A stretch of DNA of 62,923 nucleotides, counting the filler, from Choristocarpus tenellus KU-1152 (taxonomy: Eukaryota; Protista; Phaeophyceae), in assembly GCA_964200185.2 (NCBI GenBank). It is 10 parts of 10 records of this genome, joined end to end, with 100 filler letters (N's around TTAATTAATTAA, not from the genome) between each part and the next. Parts side by side here need not be neighbours in the genome. Positions count along the whole stretch, not along the records: positions 36,231 to 41,363 come from CAXNAD020011767.1; positions 41,464 to 43,995 come from CAXNAD020027004.1; positions 44,096 to 52,632 come from CAXNAD020004606.1; 7 more parts are not named here. One strand, given 5' to 3'. Under the pieces are notes generated by a model. The model was not told the DNA's origin. It made no database searches and worked only from the letters and a program-made list of their open reading frames with translations. Made by a program: the position numbers and the translations under genes. This document shows, in pieces, positions 39,171 to 52,632 of the stretch (the stretch's first letter is position 1; every line of letters begins with the position of its first letter).

Positions 39171-40958
39171 TCAGCGGCTATCGTCTGAATTGATTACAGC
39201 AAATTCGACCGAACCTTTTTCCGAAATTGGGGAACATGGGTTGCAGTTACATATGTTGGGAGTAATCAGACAACTGATCGGAAATAGAAGTAAGATTTCC
39301 ACGATGTAATTACATGCACCACAACATCCGTCTGTTGAGTGTGATGTGGTGACTCCTTCGATGCGCAGGTGCAAGGGCTCCGATACCATTGGAACCTTTC
39401 CGAGAAGGTCCGTATCGTGTCTCAATGCCGTCTAGATACAACTCGCTTGATGGTATCATCACGCGCGCGTTTCTTAGTCCAAAACCCCCGCAAATCCTAA
39501 AATTAGTATTTGATCGCTTCTACCGACTGACAGAACATACCAAATTTGCACTTAGAAGTACGTTCCAAAATGATATTTACGTATCAAACTGGATGCTTTC
39601 ACTTCTGCTGTTCGACGTAATATTTTCCTGCTCAGGATTCTTGTTTCAAATCGACATACACCCCCTCCAACCGTCTTGCCATGCTTTGGAATTTATGGCC
39701 TTCACTGTTTGACAAAACACATCAAATTAATTCATTACTATCTGCGATGTGTCAAACACAAACCTGCGCATGGTTGCCTTCCCAACATCCAACCCGGGTT
39801 AGGGAGTAAATTCCTTTCATCTTCATCTTTCACTTTCGCGGTTCGGCGTAATGTTTTCCTGCTCAGGTTGTTCTTATTTCAAATCGACACCCCCCCCCCC
39901 AACCGTCTTGCTGCGCTTTGGAAATTGATGGCCTTTACTGTTCAATAGAACACATCCTCAGCGATGAGGTACTCAGCGGAGTGTGAGGTTCATCTCATCT
40001 GTCCACCGTATTTGAGTTCGTATCAAGCCACCTCACAATAAACGCTCTGATCGCGCACATTAATAATGTAACCCCATAAAATCCACGGGTGAAAAGGGAC
40101 CTCATGTTGAGGGAGGATGTAGAGGAGGGTACAAAATACCTGGACATCGTCAAATACTCTGAGGGTGTTACCCTGAACACCAGTGACGAACACACAGGCA
40201 AGCAATTACATCATTGTACAACATCGCCATACGTTAACATCAAACATACACCAAACACACAACCTAGACCTTCACAGATCTTACCGACATTATTAGACAG
40301 TTAGACACCGTACATTGTCACAGGGTTCTCCGGTTTTATATGTTGCGAAGTTGCTCGTCGAACAGATGGATTCATACTTTGGCTGTGTTGTACCGATCGA
40401 CAGAACCCGGCCAAAGAAGGGGAATTATGTCACGGTTCATGTACTATAGTCCTATACGCATCCTCTTCACCCTATGTTACAAGTCCTACTTGTCTTCCTG
40501 ATTTATGGGCTCGAATAATCCACCCAAGTTTAGCAAGTCGCAGGTACTCTAATCCATCCATCTTTTTTCCTCAGCCTCTGCCTCCTCCTCTGTATCCTGC
40601 CTCGCTTAGTCCTTCTCACCAACCTCTACCTCATCCCTTGCCTCCTAACGCTAACCCCCTCTTCCCGTTGTTTTGCCTCCTATTTCGCCACGTCCTTTTT
40701 GCTTACTCCTCCACCATCACAGAGATAACACGAGTGACAAGCATTGTGATCACACCAGAGAAAAACGCCACGTCCGAGCACGGCCTTGACAAGTTCAAGT
40801 CCGAAACGAGCGCCACCCACGAGAGAGAAGTCGCTCTTCTCCAGACCCGACCAGGAGGCATCGTAATCACATGCATCGCCCTCGGGGACAACCTCGATCT
40901 GGATCGTATCCAACTCCTCATGGATGAACTCTCCACCTTCCGCATGTTGCACCGGTGA
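39171..40958 (+). pseudogene. Decayed intron-containing gene of unknown family
   Basis: Protein-like frames broken by TGA/TAA codons (39171-39480; 39949-40197), a CAG|GCAAG donor at 40197 and a CAG acceptor at 40720 that join in phase (...TLNTSDEHT-EITRVTSIV...MDELSTFRMLHR*). Confidence 0.3.
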
Positions 40959-42096
40959 AGACACCAGTAGCTGGTGGCGTATCCACACCTATACCTTGTG
41001 GAAGATCCAACCCACCAGGTGATGAAGAGGAACAGGATAACCCATCGCCTAGCCATACAGTAGGTACGGGAAGCAGGACTCTACAAGGGGGAAGGCATAC
41101 AACCACACCCTCGGAACACGACTCTGAAGGCAATGAGGACCGACCCGTTTGTAACGCTTTGTCAGGTCCAGAGGAACTTGCACAGGAGGGCGTGAGGGGG
41201 CGGCTAAGCATGGACTCAGAGTCCACGCCTGTCGGGAGTGACACCAGAATGTCCCCAAACGCCCATTCGATGGGCAGAGGCGGTGACGAGTCTCTAGTGC
41301 CAGAGAACACCTACGATAATACTGTGAGGTGAAGTGAGAACCACATCCATGCCGATCCTACCCNNNNNNNNNNNNNNNNNNNNNNNNNNNNNNNNNNNNN
41401 NNNNNNNTTAATTAATTAANNNNNNNNNNNNNNNNNNNNNNNNNNNNNNNNNNNNNNNNNNNNTCCATGTGGGGAGATGCGGGGGGGGGGGGGGGGGGGG
41501 GGGGCAGGGGGAGTCCAAACGTGCATTTTTTTTGCATGTTGTAATTTGTTGCAGGGGCGACTACTACTTTTCATTATTTTTATTGATTTAAACAAAACAA
41601 TGTGTGTGTTTTTTTTAAATGTTCTGCTGTCCTGCTTCAACGTGTAACAATAGTAGTTGTATGGTATCAATGGAGACTCAAAGGCTTTTTTTTTCAAATA
41701 TATATATATATATATATTTGGTTATTACGATAAATGTGGTAAGTCTGATATACCACATCCACCTTTGAGTGGCCTTCCACTACTCCCATTAACTGATGTT
41801 GACATTTAGGCTGCTCTTGTTGTTGGGTGGGGTTGGGTGGAGGTTGTTGGTGCCATGTTCACTCCAGTATTACCTCAATCTCATGTGCATTTTTATATTA
41901 TTATATATATATATATATATATAAATATATATATATATATTTGCACGGTAATAGCAACAGCAGTAGCTCAATGAATAAAAATATGTTGTGATTTGTCATT
42001 GATATTGTTGTCCTTTCCTTTTTGTTGTCAACCCTCCTTTATTTCCATTTTTTTGTTTATTTTTGAATGGCACCAAACTGCCATCGCCTTCCCAAG

Positions 42097-42846
42097 GTGG
42101 AAGGCATACAGTCGTCATCAGAGGAAATGTTGTCGTTGCCTACCTCGGTGGAGTTCTGTGGCGCCACTCATGTGACCAATACTGGGGAAGCCTTGGCCTT
42201 TGTGATCACTGAAGAATCTGCAGTTGCAAAGGGGATCCGCCGGGTGAGTGTATTAACATATTATTATTATTATTATTATTAGGTTGATATTGTATAGTAC
42301 TACATATAATAGTATTGATAATATCATAGTGGGATAATCATTATTATTATTAGGTTGACATTGTATAGTACTACATATAATAGTATTGATAGTATCATAG
42401 TGGGATAATCATTATTATTATTATGTACCACTTTTTTTTTCATCACGTGGAGGAAAGTAATCAAAGTAAGGTTATGTTACATTTTCCGGATTGGTCAGGT
42501 GGGGGCGGTCTGTTGGGGGGAAAAAATAAAAAATACATATATATATATATTATTCTATTTTTTTTAATTACTGCTTATCAAATCAAATGGGATTTTGAAC
42601 AATTTAATTCCTCTCTTGATTTTTTTTCTTTCATTAAGGCGTGTTATTCAACAGTAGTAGTGTAAGAACAGTTTTCCCTTTCCTTAACCTCTAATCTCCC
42701 CCTTCTTGTCAGATCACTGCCCTCACGGGTCAGGCTGCTCTGGACGCTGTTGATGTGGGGGAAGGTTTGTTAGAGAAGATGGAGGCGATTAGAGTTGCCA
42801 GCAGGAGCGAAGGGGAAGATCTGGACCACTTGACTTCGGAGCTGAG
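42097..42846 (+). CDS. AARS: Alanyl-tRNA synthetase, two internal exons (editing/tRNA_SAD domain)
   Basis: Exons 42097-42243 and 42713-42846 splice in phase 0: ...[34 protein letters not shown]|[12 protein letters not shown]...; matches the AlaRS SVEFCGGTH...EE.IAKGIRRI.A.TG signature. Confidence 0.92.
42269..42422. repeat. About 71-bp tandem duplication in the AlaRS intron
   Basis: AGGTTGAYATTGTATAGTACTACATATAATAGTATTGATARTATCATAGTGGGATAATC twice, joined by (ATT)n. Confidence 0.85.
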
Positions 42847-44103
42847 GTTAGTTGGTAGTTGGGAGGTTTTCTATTTTTATTTTTGTTTGGAATTGTGGTT
42901 AGGAATGTTTCTTTTTACGCACTGTTGTCCGATATATGATAATAATAGAAATAATAATAATAATGGTAATTTTTTCTTAGGACAGTGTAGTTTAATTTCG
43001 TATAATAGAATCAACTTGTCGACTGATGAACAGTGTGCTTTTGCTTCCCATTGGACATGTAAGAAAAAAATTAAGAAGAAAAAAATTGATCATGTCAGAT
43101 CTCGCTTCACGTTTTTTTATTTTTTCTCCTTGGTGTGTTTGAAAACAATGACTTGAACTCTAAAGCATATAAAGATATCATTGGTCCTTCCAGATATTGG
43201 ATCTTGAATCTCAAATCTTGGGGGGGGGGGGTAGTTGCTTCCCCCAGTTTTTTCTCAGGTCAAGGTTAGGGCTGAGAGGACCTTTTTTTTATTTAAGCAG
43301 TGGAATTTGATCTCTTTTTCTTTCGACGGGAGAATTCACTGACTGATACCTAATCAGATCCTTGTGTGGGTGGGTGTATGTGTTGAGCATGAGACCAGGT
43401 GTTTAATTACTTCTTCTATACTATGTTTAGTACAGTATAATTCTCTAACTGTGATAATAGAATTTAGAGACATCTTGTGTTCGCCTTCCATACCACACAC
43501 ACTCCTTGAGGATTTTCTTAGAATGTTTTCTGTGTACACTACCACATACTTTGGTGTTGTTATAGATTCAGAAGGCAGGAACTGTATTCACCTGTGAGGA
43601 TTGATTGAGAGGACTTCCAACAGTTGAGATACAGGGGCAGGGTGGATATGTCCTGCCAGGGCAGGCAAGTGTTGATTATGGAGTTAAGGTATGCCAGACC
43701 GAGGTGGTGCTGAGTTGTTGAGGGCCCCTCTAGCTTTTTGGTGGAACCTTTTTTTTTCTAATGTGCTCGGTTCACAGGTATTCATTTTTTTTATGGGGCA
43801 TATTTTGACTGCTACTATTTCTACAGGTAAGTATGTTGATCTTGAATGTCTTCTGTAATTTTTTTTTTCTAACGACATTAAAAAAAAATGTAAAAAAATG
43901 TCGAAGCAGGCCTTCTCGGTCGCTTGAACTCTTTTTTTTTTCTAGGCACTTGTTGTAATATTTTCTTGTTTGTTTACTATTCACTCCCCCCCCCCNNNNN
44001 NNNNNNNNNNNNNNNNNNNNNNNNNNNNNNNNNNNNNNNTTAATTAATTAANNNNNNNNNNNNNNNNNNNNNNNNNNNNNNNNNNNNNNNNNNNNGCGAT
44101 TGT

Positions 44104-44351
44104 TATCTTAGAGGGTACGATTTTTGCCCTGTTTGTCCATTTGGGGCTTGGCTTCCCACTGGTGTTTTGTGACATTTTTCTTCTCCAAAATGTTTCAGAG
44201 TAGGTAAAATGTACATGTTATAAAAATGTGTGTCCAGAACAAGGATATTGACACTTCCTAACAATTACAATGACCAAAATTACATCAAAATCGCAACATT
44301 AGATTTTGGTCCCCAAACGGACGTGGATCTCCCCTCTAAGATACTTAGACT
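44104..44351 (-). mobile_element. MITE family A
   Basis: TATCTTAGAGGGTACG...CCCTCTAAGATACTTAGACT. Confidence 0.88.
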
Positions 44352-44416
44352 ATTACGAATATTTCTCATTTAGACATTTTCGTGTGCATTTCTTTCCCTT
44401 GCTTCAACTTTCTCAG

Positions 44417-47400
44417 GCCAAGAGGGCCAAAAAGAAAACATTCCTGAGAACCCGAATGAGGCAACCTGCAGTCCGACAGCAACCACCTACCCAGTCAAAT
44501 ATGGGGATTAATCAAGGATGCCTCAAGGTGAGAAGACGAAGTTGATGGGAACAAATGTAAATCTTCATTCCTTTCCTAAGACAACAGCAGGCTGAGATTT
44601 TGACCCAAGCTATCATATAAATACACACACACACACACACATTCGTGTTTCAGTTGCAAGTTTGTATTCGTTTGGATGAGGTCTTAGGTACCCATTTAAA
44701 TCCTGAGAGTCACTTGTTCACTACCACTCAGATAATACCATCCCCAGCACACACAGGCAGTCCTGGAAACATTGGGAGATATTTACACCTTCCTCTTTAT
44801 ATTTGTAGTTTTCCTGTTGCATGCTGGGCAAATCTTACATTTGTTGCATCATATCACTCTGTGTTTTTGACACTCACACTGTCAAATTGACCAACACTGC
44901 TTTTGTATTAGCTCTATGGTACGATTATAGAATCCCCACGATATATTTCAAGTCTTGTTTTTTGCGAGAGTATGTTTTGGAGGGTACTGTGCCCAGCTCT
45001 TTGAGTTCAGGAGTGTTCACTCTCAACCAATGAAGAACTTGGCAGAGTTTTGCACCAAATTAATGAGGCATTGTACCACATTCGGTTCTAGTTGGCAATC
45101 CTCAAATTATACATCTCGTCCACTTGACAGAACTGGTTAGTCCCATATACCTTCATCCCCCTCAAATATAATGAATCTGGAGAATCACCTCCACTGCTAG
45201 CTAGCTCTACCATTTATGTGAAAAAAAGATTAGATAATGCTATTTATTGTCTATTCGCATCCAAACTTTCTACAAGGTCTCTTGTGTTGTACAATGAATG
45301 GACAATGGAGGCTTGGGCATGTACTCAGGGCGAACATTACCGAAAAATAAAAGCTAACAAGACTACAGAGGAAAGGATGACGCCGAGCGTTGCGGTTGGC
45401 TTTGAATGTTATTTTTGAGTGAATGTAGTTCCATTGTTGTCCTGAACAACGGACGAACAAGCTATACAGTAAATAATGCTCTTGTGTCCTGGATATCAGT
45501 CTAATTATACCAGATATGGCTCCAAGCCGTTGTCCTGGACAAATGGGATTCTTATATTATGTGTTGTGTCTGCATATTTTTTAGTCATTTTTGAAGCAAA
45601 AAACATTTTCGTGGAAGGTTAGTATTGTTGACCTTGTCCAATACGTAGATGCAGATCTGTGGAGTAGATCTATTATTATTACAGGTGACGTTTTACACTC
45701 ACTATGTATTTACACACTTGATGCCATGAGATCATCTCTTCACTTTATATAAGTGTGGAGTAAAATATTGATCTTCGTCCCCCATATTGTCTATGTAGGC
45801 AACAAATGTCTGCGTAAAATAATATTAACTTTTAAGATGTGGTGGGTGGTTTGATGTGAGAGACCAATAAGGTTAGATGGGTGGAATTCTAAACCAAAAT
45901 AAATGATAAGGTGTGGTGGTTGGTTTGATAATGAGAGACCAATAAGGTTAGGTGGATGGAATCCTAAACCAACACATACGTGTAACCTGTACCCCTCCCC
46001 CTGTCAAGGTGTAGATAAGCCCCTTTTTCTTTTTTATTTAAAGGTAATCTTCATGGAACTTTGCGTACCCTCTATCTTCGCACGAGATTGTCCGACTCTA
46101 TCATCATACAGACGTGCATTTTATTCTTATGTTTTTATTACTACGACTGTAGTGTATTGGTGCTAAATATCATTGTATCCATTCCTATCACTTTGTAGAT
46201 GTTACCATTGATGAAACAAGAAACCAGATAATATAACCAACAAGACAAAAGAACAGACTAACTTACTGGAGTTCCACTAATATCATTGTAATATATCAAT
46301 AGATACTGTTTGTACTATCACTGTTACTACTACTGTGTGTTGTCTTTGTCTCTATGTGGGGCTATTCCCCATTCAACACTTTCCTGGTAGATGAATCTTA
46401 CCATATGTCGAACCAGTTCATTGTATGTTGTAGGGTGAATTTAAACATTTTTACTCGATTTCATTCAATAATGAACTGTTTTGGGTTCACACCCTATTGT
46501 GATTTGTGTTTATCACAAACCACAATAGGGTGGAGTCACCAGGGAGATGAGCAAGGTGGGACTTATTAGATTCGTGGGATGCTTCCCTAGTTCCTCACCC
46601 TGGGATGCAGGAATAGGTTCAAGACACAGGAAAGGAATAGTACAACATAGGAATGTAGTAGTAAAATAGGAAATAGATTTTCGTTTTTCACTTTTGTGAC
46701 AACTGTTACTAAAAGATTTTTAAGACGTGAATAGTATTCATTAGTTTTTCTCCTTGCACATCTACAAAATGTGGAAGGGTATAATAATAAAATAAAATAA
46801 ATACACATATATATATACCCTCTCACATTTTGTAGATGTGGAAAAGAAAAACTAAAACTACTATAAAAAGTAGTTGGGATATATATATACAGTGTTGGCA
46901 GTCGCCTCTAGGATGAGACCAGTCTTGATTTTTTTGAAAGGGTTGACCAACGCGTTAAACAACGATAAGCATATCAAACGAAAGCTCTGGATCTAAGCTA
47001 TCACTGGTGCAAAGGAAATTTTTCGGAATTTATTTTTGGTAAGGGTAAATTTTAGCCGAATGGTTTCAGCACAACCTTGGAAATATTCCGGAGTGAATTA
47101 TCACGACCAAACATATTTTTCTAACAGAATTTCTTTGCACCGGTGATAGCTTAGATCCAGAGCTTTCATTTGATATGCCCATTGTCGTTTAAGTCGTTGG
47201 CCAACCCTTTAATAAAAAACAAGATTGATCACCACCAAAACGGTACGTGGGGTAACCTCGGTTTAATACTGTTTAAGCCACTCACAGGATACGATTCTGG
47301 TTGAGCGTCTTGGAGGATACTGTTTGATGTTTCCAAAGTACCACTGAGAATTGAGCCCGATAGAGATGGTATGGGGGCGGGCGAAGCACTATGTATGAGG

Positions 47401-50400
47401 CCATTGTTACTACACGTTGCCTGGAATGAGAGTCAACATTCCTATCAGTCTTAAGGAGGAAGGGGGGTTGTCCAGAGTAATTGTGGAGAGTTTCTTCAGG
47501 ACGAGTATTGCTTACCGTCTGATATATTCCAACGAGAAAGGCATGAAGTACACCAAATTGGACAGGGTGTACAAGACATTTAAGTCTAACAGGAGGCCTG
47601 CACCTTCAGAATACCTCATTTGACTTGGCATAGATTGTCTGGTTCAGAGGCCTGGGCTCCCATAAGTGAGGCTTAGCCAGCAGGCGACAACATCGCATAA
47701 ACGGGAAATAATGGAAAGGCCCCCCAGGGGCACAGGAGTAGGTAGATGGAAAGAGATTAGAGAGACAACAACGCCCATGTTCTCCACGTGAAGATGTCCT
47801 CTTCTGTCGTTAAAATCATCCTCAAATGCGCGGTACGCGCGCAACCCCGTGCGAACTGCGCGCGCGGACAACTTGATTTATTTATGGTCCTGTATTTCTC
47901 ACCATTACTGGAAGATGACCAATCGAGACCCATCAAATAAGGTCAACCATGCTGATCCAATCACAGCAAATTTCGTGAAAATATTCGTTCATCAAAAGTT
48001 ATGCCTCGACAAAGTTGATGCAGGAGGTGACTACCAACACTATATATGCAAAACCAGATTTCTATTTCCCATTTCATATCAACATTTGTAGAGTTAGGAG
48101 GTGATTTTGAGAGTATCTTTTTTGAGAGTGTGAACATGTCACAATTGAAGTCTAGAAGAGTGAGAGTGGTAGTTCGACCCAGTGAGGAAGCGGTGGTAAG
48201 ACAAGATACTCGATCTGAAGTTGAGAGTGTGAAAGTGGAAACTCTGGGCGATCAGGAGGTGTGGGAAGGCAAGCTGCTTGACCCGAAGTCGAGACGAGCG
48301 TGGGAATGCAGGAAAGGCTACAAGGGAGGTGCCTCAGCTGAAGTCGAGAGCAGGAGAGTTCAAGATATTGTTCTCCCAATACGCTAGAATCTCCTCGACT
48401 CCTTCCAAGGATTTTTTTTGTTGAATGGATGGGGAGCAGTTGTCACAGTTTCACAATAGTATATATTCTTGTATGGTCTCCAGAGAGTTGGAGAGGATGG
48501 CAAGTTCGACATTTTTGTGTCTCGGGCGGGTCCAGCACACCGGAGACTTACAACGAAGTTATTGTGCTTGGCCGCCTGGAAAAGTTGGGAGAGAAGTGTG
48601 TCGTTCAGGATTGGATCAGAGAGGAGGAGGAGGGACTTTACCAGGTGCTATAGCGGCCATCAATACTCAACTCTGGCAGGGGTTTCTGTATTACCCAAGA
48701 ATAAAAATGCCACTTGAATGGCTCATGGGTCAGGGCAGTGGTAGCTGTGAAGAAAAAAACACCTTCTGAGTCAACCATCTTAGTGTGATCCAAGATGGTG
48801 GACTTCAGGTAGGTGGGTCCCGATAAGTGAAGCGTGTGGGTGATGCCAGTCGCGACAATCCACAACAGCTCCACATCTAGCGAAAAACTGGAAGTACTTG
48901 ATCGAGCGCACCGATTGTATTGACACATGTTGTTGAGTGCATTTGCTCAACGAATGCATGTCAGACCTATTGTTTTTCTGCGTGATCATACCCATCACCC
49001 CCTGTATCGCCATCTTTCTCCTGTCAACCCACCTACAGGTCTGCAAGCACCCCCCCCCCCTCTATCCCCACCTTCCTCCGTTCACCCCCCCTACAGGCCT
49101 GCAAGCCCCCCCCCCCCCCCCACATTGCCCCCGTTTACCGCCTGACTCTCTCTTGACCCCAAGGTCAACTCTCGTTCACTTTCTCACCGTGACTAACACA
49201 TCTCGTTCCATCCACCCATTACTTCCTCTCCATCTCTCAAGGGTACGTCTAAGGCAATCCCCTCAGTTGTTGTGGGTGATGGGATAGGTGCGGCGGCCCT
49301 GTTGAATGTGAAGGAAGGGACAGCCTCAGGAGTGGAGCCCAACAGCAAGGTCGGCGCAGAACTTGTTGTGGCTGAGGTGAGGCGACTTTGGCCCTTGCTG
49401 AATCGCTATTTGAGATTGAGGGATGTCAAGAACGCTGTCGGGGTCATCAGGCAGTTGGCACCTCATGTTGATGATGTTATGCATAAGCTGATGGGAAGCT
49501 TCCTCAATTGCGTGGAGGCTGAGGAGCTCGTGAAACGTCTGCGTGCTGAGGTAAGGTATAAAAAAATGATCAGGAAGACAAATGATGAAATTGCCTTGGG
49601 TAGTGGAACAGGTGAATGGAAATGGTTTGAGGTAGGTGGTGTGGAATCCTGAGCAGATCTTTTACTGGCAAGAGCAAGTGCAACTTATCCTACTGTCGAC
49701 TAGGATAAAGGTGATGCTAATTTCCCTTTTTTTGTGGTGTTTGCACGATACATACACTACTCTTTTCAAATCTCATCATATCTTCACCAGAAGGGATACA
49801 GTTCTTCTTGCTAACTATTTTGGAGTAGTTTCTTAGCCTACCATATCAAGCTTGAAATTTTTATAACAATCCTCTCTCACACTAGTCAGGGTATCAATTA
49901 TAACCATAGTTAGAATGGCGATATGTACATATGGCCGGGGGTGGTAGTGAGGGTCAGACTTCACAAAATAGTGTCCTAATTACAGACAGGCACCAACATG
50001 AGAAAACGCCAGGGAAAATTGGAAAAGGTGGCAGCAGTGAGTGCTGAAGAGGACTGAGGCCAGGTTCTAGCATATCATAATCCTACTGTTAGTACTACTG
50101 ACCTGTGCTATTGTAGAACATTATGAAACCACAGTGGGCTGATCCTAAACCTCCACCACTTCATCAAAGAGTCTTGTAGTACTTGTAGTCACAAAGGATA
50201 TGTGCTGATTACTGATGTGGCGCAATGCAAATATTTCAGATAAATTGGGGATATTTGGAGCAGTTACACCAGCCAACCCTGGTCCTAGTTGCAGAGTTGG
50301 TTTCAACATCCCTTTGAAAAAACTTATTTAGAGTAAGAACCTTTCGCAGGAGACACCACCTGTTGTGCAGTTTGACACAAGAAATGGAAAGCATTTGCTG

Positions 50401-52014
50401 TCCTTGAAGTCAACCGAAAGTCACCCTGTGCAAGTTCTAGTGTAATGAATAGGCTTGATGATTTAATGGGTTGTAGGGTTGAAAAGTGGGGAGGAGATGG
50501 AGGCACTGTCAGAATTCCTCCATGGTTTGTGCTAAGATTGAGGGTGTGAAAAAGAATATGTAGCAAGTGCACTCTGTTGGCTCACTGTAAATAATAAGCT
50601 ACTCTATTGATATGTGTGCTGGTGTGCCCTGTAACTGCTCCATCTTGTTTTTTTTATTTGTCTTGCAATCTTTTGAAAAGCAAAACACGACTTTAAGTAA
50701 TGATGCAATCTGTCCCAACATTTGCTTCAGTTCTCTTAGTGCTGCAAAGTGGATTGCCGTTTACCTTATCTGCACACATGCTCTCATAGATACACATGCC
50801 TATGAGTGAGAGGGACCCTGTAATACATGGCAATTTGTTAACATCTGCCAGCTTGCTAAGCTAGTGACCAATGTTGGAAATAGAGGTAGAAATGGTAATG
50901 TACAGACAACCTGACAGAGAGGAAAAATGAACCCTGGAGTAATTGTGGCATGAAGGGCTATGGAATTTAAGCCAAGAAAAAGTGGGTGGCAAGGCGAACT
51001 GTTCTAGCTGAAGCTGAGAGGGGGGGTTGCAGATCTAGCCCATGCAGAAGCAGCTGCAACGTCAGCTGCTCGAGTTGAAGTCAAGAGAGAATGGCGATAG
51101 CTATTCTACCTCTGATAACCTAGATTTGTCCTCATCCCTCAAATTGAGACTCCATGATGTGCAAATATGAAGTAAGGGTCACAGTGCTCACAATGTTAGC
51201 TCCCCCTGGCCTTGTACTGGGCAATCACTCTGTGCAAATCCCAAGGGTAGACACTACCACCACATGTTCCCATAAACCTTCGACCATCAGAGATGGCAGT
51301 AGGGATGATTTTTGTGTGTGTCAGTTGTGTCAAGCTCGTAAGAGATTTGGATGTGGATATTATGCCATTTCATGAACTTGACAAACTGGAGAAACCTGTA
51401 GTCTGGGCTTGGATCAGAGGAGAGGAGATGCTCCACAAGGCAGCCACCAGCAGCACCAGGAGGACAGGGAGGGCCTGTGCCTGTCTCTAGCTAAAATATT
51501 AACAAATCAGCATACATCAATGAATGCATCATAGGCCAGGGTCATGCCAGCCGTAATGAAACCAAGCGCGTTGTATGCCAAAATGAATTGGTACGGGTAG
51601 GTAGGTCCCCACAGTGGGTTTGTGTGTCTGATGGCAATTACCACTATTTGCACAGCTTTCCTATTTTGCGACAGCTACAAACCTTAGTTTTATTTTTATT
51701 TGTATGACCCTCCTGTCTCAAAGGATGCTAGGAAAGAAGACATGATTGTCTTGAAACTGAACACCCGTACTCCTGGTCCCCTTCCCCACACAATTTTAAT
51801 GACCCAATAATTCTCTTGGTTGCACAACATGGGTTCGCCATAGGCAGAGGACATGAAGCAGGGGCACATGAAGGAGGTGTCGCGCTGCGAGTGCTTGGCC
51901 GTGCAATCTCAGGAGGAGGTCAGCTCCCTGAGAATTGCCCTAGCAACCAAGGAAAACGAGGTCAATCAGGCCAAGGAGGAAGCAGAGAAGAAGTTGGCAG
52001 CCATGGTGCAGGAG
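44417..52014 (+). CDS. Hypothetical coiled-coil protein, scattered internal exons
   Basis: Candidate AG/GT-bounded exons 44417-44527, ~49288-49550 (VVAEVRRLWPLLNRYLRLRDVKNAVGVIRQLAPH...EELVKRLRAE|GTAAG) and 51844-52014 (AEDMKQGHMKEV...AKEEAEKKLAAMVQE). Full structure not resolved. Confidence 0.5.
45450..46378 (+). mobile_element. Copia-like remnant: RNase H traces, purine tract and probable 3' LTR (45626-46378)
   Basis: TSYTVNNALVSWIS and DM.(T)KPLS-like traces, GGAAGGTTAGTAT before TGTTGA...TCAACA; the LTR contains a ~73-bp tandem duplication (45833-45972). No TSD. Confidence 0.4.
46890..48042. mobile_element. Non-autonomous TIR element (~1.15 kb), Tc1/mariner-like, TA-flanked
   Basis: CAGTGTTGGCAGTCGCCTC at 46890 and GAGGTGACTACCAACACTA at 48024-48042 form a 16/19 inverted match; TA on both sides. 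Confidence 0.65.
46911..47236. repeat. Long inverted repeat (~110-bp arms)
   Basis: GAAAGCTCTGGATCTAAGCTATCACTGGTGCAAAG pairs with CTTTGCACCGGTGATAGCTTAGATCCAGAGCTTTC, and the arms extend outwards. Confidence 0.9.
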
Positions 52015-52455
52015 GTGATGTACATTCCCATATATGGCAATCTCGGCAGATGTCAGATTGTGGAGGTTGGAATGGTGTGCTGTTAATTGTTATCACCTTC
52101 TCACAGATCCGTCTCGCCCAGGAATCTCATCTCCCTATTGAAAACGACTTTCAGACTCAACTTCAATGAGAGTGTTGCTGATGAGATCTCATGCCCTCCC
52201 CAACCTCACCTTAAGCCCCTATCCACATTGCACGAATTGGCGACAAACACATGATAGCCTCAAACTGAGATTGCACGCGAGGAAGGCTACTTTTTCACAC
52301 TTCAGACAATTGGGTAACACTCAACACTAGCACTACCCTAGAGCTTTTAATCATGTTTGGCCTATTTTAAGTGTTATCCATTACAATGTGAGGGTTGTTT
52401 TGCTGTACAACTAACCCAAGGTCTGTTGTCCATGTAAGACTAGAATCCACTTGCT

Positions 52456-52632
52456 GGGTCAAAGTATCTAGGGGGGGGAGGGGGTAGTTTGTGAGGGGGC
52501 GTCCGTTTTGGTCAAACAACCATTTTTTTTACTGGCATTTCAAATCCGACACGTGCGGCCAAATCACACCAAAAAAGTGAAAATCGAAAAAAGGGTGAAA
52601 AACGGATGCCGAACCCCCCCCACCCCGCCCCC
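52456..52632 (+). mobile_element. MITE family C, truncated by contig end
   Basis: GGGTCAAAGTATCTAGGGG...CGTCCGTTTTGGTCAAACAA...AAAACGGATGCCG matches the 25403 copy. Confidence 0.82.

Noticed and set aside
40721-41332. Long frame interrupted only by two TGA codons (selenocysteine or readthrough?)
   Set aside because: Low-complexity R/P/S-rich sequence with no redox motif or SECIS evident; CGA>TGA decay or chance explains it.
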